Source of the DNA: an uncultured archaeon
GTDB taxonomy: Archaea > Thermoplasmatota > Penumbrarchaeia > JASLWR01
Direction: 5' to 3'
DNA: 64,000 nt
NCBI GenBank assembly: GCA_964430885.1
Contig: CAYSHM010000016.1
Location: 1 to 64,000 of the forward strand
Under the pieces are notes generated by a model. It was given only the letters and a program-made list of their open reading frames with translations. It did not search any database and was not told where the DNA came from. The translations under genes were made by a program, and so were the position numbers. How positions within the stretch are numbered: position 1 is the first letter of the stretch; the number at the start of each line of letters is the position of its first letter. Below, piece after piece: positions 20,634-29,567 of this stretch.

Positions 20634-21104
20634 TTGAGTGAAATTGATGAGATCATTGTTGAACCCCAGCTTGTACTGGGAATGACCAAGGAAGGAAAGT
20701 ACACCGATATTGCAAAGTATCTTCCGATGCTGTTTCATTATGCCCTTGAGAAAGAGGCTCAATTCACCGGTGCACCCTTATTCCTGTGCCATGAGACATC
20801 AAAGGAAGAGGTCGAAGAAGCTGATAAGAAAGGGTGCGCAAAGATAGAACTGGCCATTCCAATAGCCCACAGCATAGAGGAGAGCGAAGATATGAAGTGC
20901 TATACCCTGCCAGGAGGCAGCATGGCCAAGATAGTTCACAAGGGTCCCTATGAGGCATGTGAACCCACATACAACCAGCTCTTTGCCTGGCTCATGAAGA
21001 ACGGAAAGGGAATCAAGGGGCCGCTCCGGGAAGTATATCTGAACGACCCGAAAGAAATACCCCCTGAAGAGATCCTTACGGAGATATATGCACCCCTGGA
21101 TTGA
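20634..21104 (+). CDS. GyrI-like small-molecule-binding domain protein
   Basis: H.GPY......Y..L..W and GP.REVYL.DP motifs; TTG start after AGGAGG. Confidence 0.88.
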   Translation: MSEIDEIIVEPQLVLGMTKEGKYTDIAKYLPMLFHYALEKEAQFTGAPLFLCHETSKEEVEEADKKGCAKIELAIPIAHSIEESEDMKCYTLPGGSMAKIVHKGPYEACEPTYNQLFAWLMKNGKGIKGPLREVYLNDPKEIPPEEILTEIYAPLD

Positions 21105-21173
21105 TTCTAAATTTTTTTTCAGGGGATATTTGTGCCATATTTCTATAAATAAATAAAATGTATTTGATATTCC

Positions 21174-21335
21174 ATGTGCGGGGAACACAAGAAACTCTGC
21201 GACTGTAAGAAGATGCTAAAGAAGGACCTGGGAGCCTATATCCGGTTGGTGGACGAACCTGCTTTTATCTGCAGGAAATGCGGCCGTGTAGCAAACGACG
21301 AGAAGAACCTGTGCAAGTCCAGGGAATTGTACTGA
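21174..21335 (+). CDS. Small Cys-rich putative metal-binding protein (53 aa)
   Basis: Translated by hand as MCGEHKKLCDCKKMLKKDLGAYIRLVDEPAFICRKCGRVANDEKNLCKSRELY; TATAAATA lies ~30 bp upstream; below the ORF-track cutoff. Confidence 0.75.
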   Translation: MCGEHKKLCDCKKMLKKDLGAYIRLVDEPAFICRKCGRVANDEKNLCKSRELY

Positions 21336-21481
21336 TAATTATCCTCTTAACGGGGCACTCCCAATTGCCCAAAATAATCTGCTTTGCATACCATTTTTTC
21401 TGCAACAAATCCCTTTTTTGACCAAAGGTAACCAAGAAAATCACCTTCTTTAAATAGGTGTAGATTTGTCTTCACGGGACT

Positions 21482-22042
21482 ATGAATGAAATTATCAGTC
21501 TAAGGCCGAAAAGAGTTTTCCTGACCTCGGGAATGGGCAGACACAGGGAAAAGCTTGCGAGTTTTGAACTTGCACTCCGCAATGCAGGTATTGAGAAGTT
21601 CAACCTTGTGAAGGTATCATCCATTTACCCTCCAGGCGCTACAATAATTACCAAGGAAGAAGGTGTCAAATATCTTGAACCCGGACAGATAGTATTCTGC
21701 GTCATGAGCAAGGCCGAATCCAACGAACCGGGAAGAAGAATTGCTGCATCCATCGGCATGGCCATACCCCAGAACGGTAAATTCTACGGTTATTTGTCCG
21801 AGCATCATTCCTACGGCCAGCAAGCAAAGGATGCTGGTGATTATGCCGAGGACATGGCCGCAGAGATGCTTGCTTCCACCTTAGGAATACAGTTCGATGT
21901 AGATTCGGCATATGATGAGAAGAGAGACCTATTCAAAATGGACGGCAGGATCATCCATACCCAGAACATAACCTCTTTCACCCAGGCGAATGATGACGGT
22001 AAATGGACCACTGCGGTTGCGGCCGCGGTCTTTGTTCCGTGA
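21482..22042 (+). CDS. pdaD: Pyruvoyl-dependent arginine decarboxylase
   Basis: SFELALRNAGIEKFNLVKVS-SI self-cleavage site, GYLSEH and WTTAVAAAVF. Confidence 0.93.
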   Translation: MNEIISLRPKRVFLTSGMGRHREKLASFELALRNAGIEKFNLVKVSSIYPPGATIITKEEGVKYLEPGQIVFCVMSKAESNEPGRRIAASIGMAIPQNGKFYGYLSEHHSYGQQAKDAGDYAEDMAAEMLASTLGIQFDVDSAYDEKRDLFKMDGRIIHTQNITSFTQANDDGKWTTAVAAAVFVP

Positions 22043-22056
22043 GAGGGGTGAGATAC

Positions 22057-23109
22057 TTGTCCGAAATACCCTCAAGAGAAGATTTTTTAAAAAACCCCAT
22101 CAAAATGCTGGACCTGTCGAAAAAGCTCTCATTGGGTGAACTCGTTTCCCAGTTCAAAAGCACTTCCTTTCAGGCTAGAAACCTGGCCAACTGCGTCAGC
22201 ATCTACAGGAAGATGACGGAGAAGGATGATTCACATACGATATTTCTTGGAATGGCAGGGTCTATGATAGCCGCCGGCCTCAGAAAGGTATTAACAGAAC
22301 TTATAAGGAAAGGTCTCGTGGACGTTATCGTCACTACGGGCGCAGTGGTGTACCAGGACTATTACCAGGCCAAGGGACACCATCATTACCGCGGAAATGT
22401 CCATTCCGACGACGTTAGGCTGCACGAGATAATGATAGACCGGATATACGATACCTACGTGGACGAGGAGAAGTTCAGGGAAACGGACATTTCCATAGGC
22501 AAGCTTCTCAGGTCCTTCGGCGGAGGCCGTTATTCCACCAGGGAGTTCATGGCCATTCTGGGAGAGAGATGTACTCACGACGAGGATTCCATACTGGGCG
22601 CCGCCTTTGAAGAGAAAGTTCCCATCTACTGTCCGGGAATTGCCGATTCTTCAATAGGAATAGGTCTTGCCGCATCCTACAGCAGGCAGAGGAAGGAAGG
22701 GATCCCCAAAAAGGACATATTCGTTCTTGATACTATCAGGGACAACTACGAGATGGCTCAGATAATGAATAGGTCCAAATCTACTGGAGCAGTATATCTA
22801 GGAGGAGGGTTCCCCAAGAACTATATCAACGACGCCGTGGTCATGTCGGATATGATATTCGGTGATCAGCCCGGTCATGAATATGCATTCCAGATCACAA
22901 TGGACAGGGTCGAATGGGGAGGGCTTTCCGGATCCACCTTGGGAGAAGCACAATCATGGGGTAAGATAGATGCCGATGCAACACACCAGATGGTATATGT
23001 TGAGCTGTCCATAGGTCTGCCTCTGATCGCAGGAGCTGTGCTGGAGGGACGGAACTGGAAGAAGCGTAATGGCCCGAAATTCCAGTGGGACGGCGACAGG
23101 CTGGTATAG
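22057..23109 (+). CDS. Deoxyhypusine synthase family protein
   Basis: SFQARNL, DRIYDT, DSSIG, GGG.PKN and GGLSGST..EA.SWGK with the catalytic Lys; start moved to TTG after the GGGGTG RBS. Confidence 0.9.
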   Translation: MSEIPSREDFLKNPIKMLDLSKKLSLGELVSQFKSTSFQARNLANCVSIYRKMTEKDDSHTIFLGMAGSMIAAGLRKVLTELIRKGLVDVIVTTGAVVYQDYYQAKGHHHYRGNVHSDDVRLHEIMIDRIYDTYVDEEKFRETDISIGKLLRSFGGGRYSTREFMAILGERCTHDEDSILGAAFEEKVPIYCPGIADSSIGIGLAASYSRQRKEGIPKKDIFVLDTIRDNYEMAQIMNRSKSTGAVYLGGGFPKNYINDAVVMSDMIFGDQPGHEYAFQITMDRVEWGGLSGSTLGEAQSWGKIDADATHQMVYVELSIGLPLIAGAVLEGRNWKKRNGPKFQWDGDRLV

Positions 23110-23182
23110 TTGATATCACCCCATTTTGCAACTGGGGAGGAAACACCACTTATGTAAATTCTTCGGCCTATTAGCATTTATT

Positions 23183-23842
23183 CTATTTCGGTTCGAAACC
23201 TATTCTATGAAAGGGCTGAACTACGGCAGTATCAATATTATTTACATGAGCATTGATCCGCCTTATAAAACCTGTTAAAAGACCTATAACTATTCCCTCC
23301 CTAACACTAATCTCTTCATCCTTGATCAGAGCTTTTATTATTCCATAATGAATATCCTTGACCTGGTTGTGTTTGTCAATAGCCTTCAGCGCCAGCTTGC
23401 CGCTTTCCCCCATGAAAGCCTCAATTGAGAACTTGAAATTCTTCCTGATAATATCATGCATGGACTTGACATCCTTCAAATATTCGTTATCATTCAATTC
23501 AAGCTCGTAATCGTACACCAGCTGAGCTATGTTCTTGGCATTGTCGCCGATGCGTTCATAATCAATAACTATTGAGATGATTACAAGCGAACTGCTTATG
23601 TCCGGGGCCATATTCACCGCCAAATATTCAACAACCCTGCTCCGTATCTTTCTCTGGTAACTATCGATTTTTTCCTCGTTCGCCAATACCTTTCTGGCTT
23701 TGGATGCATCATGTTCAAAGAAAGAATTCATTGCCAAAAGATAGGTTGCCTCTGTCAATTCATGCAGTGCATTCAGATCATCGAATATTCCCCGCAGAAA
23801 AGCGGGTTTTTTCAGTGTTTCGTACAGTTTTCTAAAAGGCAA
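23183..23842 (-). CDS. phoU: PhoU-family phosphate uptake regulator
   Basis: EEKID and DYERIGDNAKNIA; TTG start 5 bp after the Na/Pi transporter stop, with GAGGTGA RBS. Confidence 0.85.
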   Translation of the reverse strand: MPFRKLYETLKKPAFLRGIFDDLNALHELTEATYLLAMNSFFEHDASKARKVLANEEKIDSYQRKIRSRVVEYLAVNMAPDISSSLVIISIVIDYERIGDNAKNIAQLVYDYELELNDNEYLKDVKSMHDIIRKNFKFSIEAFMGESGKLALKAIDKHNQVKDIHYGIIKALIKDEEISVREGIVIGLLTGFIRRINAHVNNIDTAVVQPFHRIGFEPK

Positions 23843-23847
23843 TCTTA

Positions 23848-25023
23848 TCACCTCAATATAAATATCAAACATAAGGGCAGTATAAAGAATACGAGCCCGA
23901 TAAATACTAATATCAGCCATTTTCGTTCAACGGCGTTTTCAGCAAGGGTCTCGGCCATGGTCATCGGGATCCTCCTCAGAGGATAGAATACCATTATCCC
24001 GAATATATTGAATATCAAATGAACTAGTGCCACAGTGACGGCCGCCTTATGGCCTGTAGAGCAGGCTAGAGCAGCCATGAAAGTAGTTATAGTGGTCCCA
24101 ATATTTGCTCCAAGTGAATATGCATATACCCTATCCAGTTTTACCATGCCTGCACCTGCAAGGGGTACCACAAAACTAGTGGTCACACTTGAACTCTGCA
24201 CCACGGATGTCAATCCAACTCCCACACCGAAAGCGGAGGCATTGGACCGGAAAAGAAAGGTATCTATTACCCTCTGCATTCTTCCCCCGGATAGCTTTCT
24301 CACTGTAGAGGTTATCGTTCTGAGTGAAATCACAAGCATCACAATTGCAAGGGCCATGGCCAGGATTCCTGAAAATAATCCCTCTCCGCCGGCTAGCTCA
24401 ATAATCCCATGATGAATAAGGTCCTTCAGGGGTGTGATAATTATTTCCAGCGGTTTCACAAGACATAGGTCGCTACCCAGTCCCAAACCCTTACTGAAGA
24501 AAGACGAAATATAATGGATCAAACCGGTCCCCATGGTTATCCTGGTTATCTGCTCTACACCGAAAAATAGAAAAGCAGCGCAGAGATTGAACATATCATG
24601 AACAGTTGCTGCCGTAAATGCCCTTTTGAACTCCTGTTTTCTTGAAATATGGCCAAGACTCACAAGGGTGTTTGTTATAGTGGTACCCACGTTAGCCCCT
24701 ATGATCATTGGTATTGCGTATTCGATCGGCAAAGTGCCGGATGCGACCATACCTACGGTGATAGAGGTGGTTGTGGAGGAGCTTTGGATTATTGCGGTTG
24801 CAACAATACCGATAAATAGACCGGATAAGGGATTCTTCACGGTTTGAAGCAATCCTTCTGAAAAACCCTCGCCCATATCCTTGAAACCGGATCCCAGGAG
24901 CTTTATGGAAATTATGAAAACATAGATTGAAAGAAATACCAGAAACAAACGCAGTATAGAGGCCTTCTTGGCTCTGCCGGGGTCACTTGTCCTGTAAAGG
25001 GATGGGGACCTCCTTCTTTTCAT
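23848..25023 (-). CDS. Na+/phosphate symporter (NptA/SLC34-like)
   Basis: Duplicated QSSS and GAN(V/I)GTT motifs. Confidence 0.93.
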   Translation of the reverse strand: MKRRRSPSLYRTSDPGRAKKASILRLFLVFLSIYVFIISIKLLGSGFKDMGEGFSEGLLQTVKNPLSGLFIGIVATAIIQSSSTTTSITVGMVASGTLPIEYAIPMIIGANVGTTITNTLVSLGHISRKQEFKRAFTAATVHDMFNLCAAFLFFGVEQITRITMGTGLIHYISSFFSKGLGLGSDLCLVKPLEIIITPLKDLIHHGIIELAGGEGLFSGILAMALAIVMLVISLRTITSTVRKLSGGRMQRVIDTFLFRSNASAFGVGVGLTSVVQSSSVTTSFVVPLAGAGMVKLDRVYAYSLGANIGTTITTFMAALACSTGHKAAVTVALVHLIFNIFGIMVFYPLRRIPMTMAETLAENAVERKWLILVFIGLVFFILPLCLIFILR

Positions 25024-25114
25024 TGCTGCACCATTTTATTTCGATGAAACAAATATTCATGGAAAATCTGAGAAAATCTTGACCGAAAAAACTATTTGAG
25101 ACTATTTCAAGAAA

Positions 25115-26167
25115 TCACATCTTCGCCAATTCGCCCTTTAGTGTGTCAATGACCTTAACGGGTGATGGATCCTGATCATAATATCCTGCAAGATATAACG
25201 AAAATATATCGCCCATATAGATCCCTGAAATGAGAGCTTCCTTGTGGTCCGCTCCAGGCAATTCCAGCACCTCTGCGAAAAGACCTCTGCTTTTCAGCAC
25301 CTCTACCGTCAGCCTTATCCTCTCGGCGGTCCTCCTGTTTATATTATCATGGCTGAGGAATATTGTAGTGTATTTATTCCGCAGCGGTGTTCCGCTCCAA
25401 CCCACGAGCTCGTTGTGGTTCATCTCGGGAATGCCACCCCAGTGAGTAAGGGTCTTGGAGTTCTCGTTTATCTGGGTCATCCAGCGCCTTGCAACAACCT
25501 CAAGTTCCGGCGGCGCGTATATCATCAGAAGACCATCCTTCAATTCATTGACGAGCTGGGCCAAAATATTGGGCTCCACATGGGCTTGCTCCAGAAACTC
25601 AATCCCTAAACAAGCGGCCCGTTCCAAGGCAGAATCCACCATATCCTCCATAGATGTACTGACTAGACCCAATAAATGCAACACCTTTGCTATGGGCGTT
25701 ATCAGAAAACCAAGGGCGCTGCGGGGAGGCCAGCCTGAGGGGATGACCATATGGTCAATATCCGCCCCCCTGCACTTGGCTATTACCTTCCCGCCGGATG
25801 ATATCCCGTATGCCCCTGACCCTCTGTCCAATGCCTGCTCCAAACATGATATCGTTTCCTCGGTATTGCCCGAATAACTTGCGGCAAAGAGCAGGGTATC
25901 CCTACCTACCCATGCAGGGAGCGAATAGTCCCTGACGACCTGAAAAGGTATATCCAGTTCCTCTCTGAAATAGGCCGCCATAACATCCCCGGATATTGCT
26001 GAACCACCCATGCCGCACAGGGCGATATTGGTAAAGGTTCTGTTCGACAGTTTATCTGAAACGGTCATTTTTGAAGAAAGCTCCTTTCCTTCTTGAAGCT
26101 GCGATTTGAAAGCTTCTACCTTCCCCAACATATCCTGCGGGTCGTTATTCTTCACCTTATCCAGCAT
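25115..26167 (-). CDS. Bifunctional phosphoglucose/phosphomannose isomerase
   Basis: GMGGSAISG, SYSGNTEET, SSGG, PR, QINENSK and PEMNHNE. Confidence 0.93.
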   Translation of the reverse strand: MLDKVKNNDPQDMLGKVEAFKSQLQEGKELSSKMTVSDKLSNRTFTNIALCGMGGSAISGDVMAAYFREELDIPFQVVRDYSLPAWVGRDTLLFAASYSGNTEETISCLEQALDRGSGAYGISSGGKVIAKCRGADIDHMVIPSGWPPRSALGFLITPIAKVLHLLGLVSTSMEDMVDSALERAACLGIEFLEQAHVEPNILAQLVNELKDGLLMIYAPPELEVVARRWMTQINENSKTLTHWGGIPEMNHNELVGWSGTPLRNKYTTIFLSHDNINRRTAERIRLTVEVLKSRGLFAEVLELPGADHKEALISGIYMGDIFSLYLAGYYDQDPSPVKVIDTLKGELAKM

Positions 26168-26406
26168 TGTTCATCACCTTGGATCTGAGAATCTATTAAA
26201 ACATATAGAATGGTAACATGAAAAACAGATTCAAAAACATAAAATCTCTTGAAGCTTAAAAATGTGCGCCAAATATTTTTCCATTTTTCGAATACCTCTG
26301 CCAATAACATCTTTCGAGACGGGTAATAACACCCAAGGAAAAATTTATAACTATAATGGCTATTTAACCCGTTTATTGTATTTTTATTAATCAGGTGGTT
26401 GTATCT

Positions 26407-26628
26407 ATGCCCATGCCTCAAGAAGAATTGAATAAAATGCTTAACACCAAGATCACCTTGCTTTTGAAGGATAGACGAATAATCATAGGAAGATTGTCCG
26501 GTTTTGACGACTACATGAACATGGTGCTTGAAGATACCGAAGAAGAGAAGGAAGGGCAGAGAAGAAGATTGGGAATGATAGTACTTCGGGGCAACAACGT
26601 TGTCAGGATTTCCCCCTTTAAAGAGTGA
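26407..26628 (+). CDS. Sm-like archaeal protein (Lsm/SmAP)
   Basis: Sm1 G.L.GFDDYMNMVL and Sm2 LRGNNV motifs. Confidence 0.95.
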   Translation: MPMPQEELNKMLNTKITLLLKDRRIIIGRLSGFDDYMNMVLEDTEEEKEGQRRRLGMIVLRGNNVVRISPFKE

Positions 26629-26759
26629 TGCGGATCATCAATTCCTTCAAAGCCTTTCAAGCTGCTTAATTGACCCCTCCAGCTCATATTTATTGAGCAT
26701 TGTATCAGTTATGAACAAAACCACTTAATATCTCAATATTTTTTATAGGTGATCATTCT

Positions 26760-27794
26760 ATGAAATGCGTTGTTTGCGGAATGCTGGAAGCCGTCACCGG
26801 CAGTATGTGCGGTGAATGCTACGGCCGCCGAAGCAAGCTCATATCTCTTGAGAGGAGCATGAACTTCACCTACTGTCCAACCTGTTCATCGGATTATAAC
26901 AGGGGGGGCTGGTGCTATTTTGATAAGATGGACGATAGGATCGATGAGAGGATAATGGAGAAACTAGAGGTTGACCAGAATTTTAACACCAACAACATAG
27001 AGCTGGCCCACAGGATATTTGATAAACACCGACGAGAGGTGAAGGTGAAGGTTACGGGGTCCGTGGGCCGGGCCCAATTGAATGAGGCGGAGTCCACAAC
27101 TGTCTTCATCAAGAGCGAACAATGTCTGAGATGTTCCAGAAAAGCAGGCGGCTACTTTGAATCCATTGTCCAGATCAGACACGACAAGGACGCTCGTTCC
27201 CTAAGAAGACTGACAGAGATCATTCAGTTCATTCAGGATGAAATCCAAAGACAGGGTGTCAAAGATCGTTCTTCATTCATATCAGAAATCGAGGAAGTTA
27301 GAGGGGGGGTAGACCTGTATCTCAGCAAGATATCCGATGCCAGAAGGATAGCTTCAGCTCTTTCGATTGATATGGGTGTTCCCATCAAGGAATCAAGTTC
27401 AGTTGTGAGCAAACGGGATGGTAGGGATATCAGGAGAGTAACCTTTGCCCTCAGGATCCCTCTTTTCGAAAAGGAAGATTACATTCACCATGACAACCGT
27501 GTTTGGAAGGTGGTCTCCGCAACAAGCAAGAACGTGCACCTCATGGAGCTGCGGACTGGCAGCCATGACAGGTTCTACAGAAAGGACGTCGAAGGCTGCG
27601 AGGTCCTAGGTAGTAAGGACTCCATCATGCGGGCAGTGGTCATTTCACGGGACAAGAACGGCCGGGAACTGAAACTCATGCATCCTGTCAGCTACGCCAC
27701 TGTGGATGTTGTAATACCTTCCCAAATAGAGATAGATGACAAAGCCGGCGAGGTATCGGTAGTGGTCTACGGGGCGGAGATATTTCTCGTATAA
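26760..27794 (+). CDS. nmd3: NMD3-family ribosome biogenesis protein
   Basis: Four CxxC pairs, GYFESIVQIR and GGVDLY. Confidence 0.88.
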   Translation: MKCVVCGMLEAVTGSMCGECYGRRSKLISLERSMNFTYCPTCSSDYNRGGWCYFDKMDDRIDERIMEKLEVDQNFNTNNIELAHRIFDKHRREVKVKVTGSVGRAQLNEAESTTVFIKSEQCLRCSRKAGGYFESIVQIRHDKDARSLRRLTEIIQFIQDEIQRQGVKDRSSFISEIEEVRGGVDLYLSKISDARRIASALSIDMGVPIKESSSVVSKRDGRDIRRVTFALRIPLFEKEDYIHHDNRVWKVVSATSKNVHLMELRTGSHDRFYRKDVEGCEVLGSKDSIMRAVVISRDKNGRELKLMHPVSYATVDVVIPSQIEIDDKAGEVSVVVYGAEIFLV

Positions 27795-27861
27795 CAGATG
27801 AGAATCACGATTCATTACAATAAGGACCCTAGTTTTAAGGTATGTTTGACCTGTAGTATGA

Positions 27862-28587
27862 ATGGTGTTGATAATGGATGGCAGGGGTTATGCATTTTTA
27901 GAGGATTCTGTGGAGTTCGTCACAAAGAACATCCTTCATCATTGCGAGGTTTCGGGCAGGTCCACTTCCGAAATAAGATTGATAGCCGTGACCAAGACCC
28001 ATCCAGTGAGGACAATCGATAAGCTTTATTCATTGGGACTCAGGGATTTCGGGGAATCCTATGTCGAAGAGTTCAGGGAGAAGTACCATGAAATAGCTCC
28101 CAGAAGGATCAACTGGCACTACATCGGGCATCTTGCTAGAAAAAGGACAAACAAGGTAGTGGGCAGGGCCGAATATATTCATTCCGTGGACTCGCTCAGA
28201 CTGGCCAAGAAGATACAGTTCACTTGCCAGCAGAAGGATACCTCCCAGAAGATACTTCTACAGATCAACACTTCCGGTGAGGAGACTAAACATGGTTTCA
28301 ATGCTGACATATGGAAAAGAGACGACATCCTCAAAGAACTGAAAGCACTGGACCGGGTCATTATAAAGGGGCTTATGACCATGGCTCCCCATACCGATGA
28401 TGAGAAGGTGCTTCGGCAATGTTTCAAGCGACTGCAGGAAACAAGGGGCCGACTGGAAGAATCTACGGGTATTAGCCTCCCTGAACTGTCCATGGGTATG
28501 ACCAACGATTACGGTATTGCCATAGAGGAAGGCGCTACTATGCTGAGGGTTGGGACCGGGCTTTTGGGGCAGAGGAACTATGGGTAG
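27862..28587 (+). CDS. yggS: PLP homeostasis protein YggS family
   Basis: IAVTKT, FGESY, WHYIGHL, GLMTM and LSMGMTNDY..AIEEGAT.LRVGT; start may be ATG 27874. Confidence 0.93.
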   Translation: MVLIMDGRGYAFLEDSVEFVTKNILHHCEVSGRSTSEIRLIAVTKTHPVRTIDKLYSLGLRDFGESYVEEFREKYHEIAPRRINWHYIGHLARKRTNKVVGRAEYIHSVDSLRLAKKIQFTCQQKDTSQKILLQINTSGEETKHGFNADIWKRDDILKELKALDRVIIKGLMTMAPHTDDEKVLRQCFKRLQETRGRLEESTGISLPELSMGMTNDYGIAIEEGATMLRVGTGLLGQRNYG

Positions 28588-28596
28588 AAAGCAGGA

Positions 28597-29472
28597 TCAT
28601 ATAAAACCGAATATCATTAGTATATAAAAAACCACAACTCCGCAGAAAATGAAATATACAAGAGGATTCCAGGCCAATATCTTGTAGCCGTCCAACCCCA
28701 GAAACTTTATAGGCAGAAGATTGAAGGCCGCGAAGATGGAATTCACGATAAAGCCGTATGCCATTACGGTCCATAATATTTTCATACCAAGACCGGTATC
28801 AGGAACATCCAGGTATCCCAGAAGGAATGTCATCCCAAGGAAAAGTGTGGCCCAAAATGCGTTAATGGCCGGCCCCGCCAGAGATGTGATGCCGTTCTCC
28901 CTTTTTGTTAGCCGGCCCCTTATGTAAACCGCTCCCGGAGCAGCTATCAACACCCCGAAAAAAGAGACAACAATGGCCATGAAAAGACCTGTTGTGCTGT
29001 ACCTGAACTCGGCCCAGTATCCCATTCTCTGGGCCATGAACTTGTGACCCAGCTCGTGAGTGAAAAAGCCGGTTATCACTGCCACAAGTGCACCGGATAG
29101 AATAATTGGAAGGCGGTCACCACTGAACATATTGGAGGTGAAACCACCGTTGAGGAAAATGGTGAAGGCCGCGGTAAGGGCCAGACCGGCTATCAATAGG
29201 TGTCTCTTCTCGGTATCGGAGAATCTGAAACTACCCCTATCCGCCAGACCATCATATCTGCCGAAACCGCTATGGCCTTTAACCCTGTTTGAACCAAAAA
29301 CACTGTGCCCTCCCGGGTCACCTATTCGAATAACGAACTTCTTGGAAAAGGTTTTCCCATATGTTTTCCCTTCCCTGCCGGGATCATTGGCCGAGTACTC
29401 CCTAGGCTCCCTGTTCCGCCATTCTCCCTCGATGAACTCATCATCTGTTTCATCATAGTATTTTCCTTTCAA
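28597..29472 (-). CDS. M50 (site-2 protease family) intramembrane zinc metalloprotease
   Basis: HELGH within a TM segment, SLAGP..N and FNLLP....LDG.K. Confidence 0.9.
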   Translation of the reverse strand: MKGKYYDETDDEFIEGEWRNREPREYSANDPGREGKTYGKTFSKKFVIRIGDPGGHSVFGSNRVKGHSGFGRYDGLADRGSFRFSDTEKRHLLIAGLALTAAFTIFLNGGFTSNMFSGDRLPIILSGALVAVITGFFTHELGHKFMAQRMGYWAEFRYSTTGLFMAIVVSFFGVLIAAPGAVYIRGRLTKRENGITSLAGPAINAFWATLFLGMTFLLGYLDVPDTGLGMKILWTVMAYGFIVNSIFAAFNLLPIKFLGLDGYKILAWNPLVYFIFCGVVVFYILMIFGFI

Positions 29473-29567
29473 TTATGCACCACTTCCAGAAAAACAAAGA
29501 CTCTAATCATTTTTATTTACAGCGTACCGGATTATCCGAAAAAACAAAAAAGGACCGCAGTCTAGTT

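Noticed and set aside
23843-23920. Long N-terminal extensions and overlaps in track ORFs (phoU, DHS, cobO, acyl-CoA dehydrogenase, receptors 2 and 4)
   Set aside because: Downstream ATG or TTG starts with good RBS remove the extensions.
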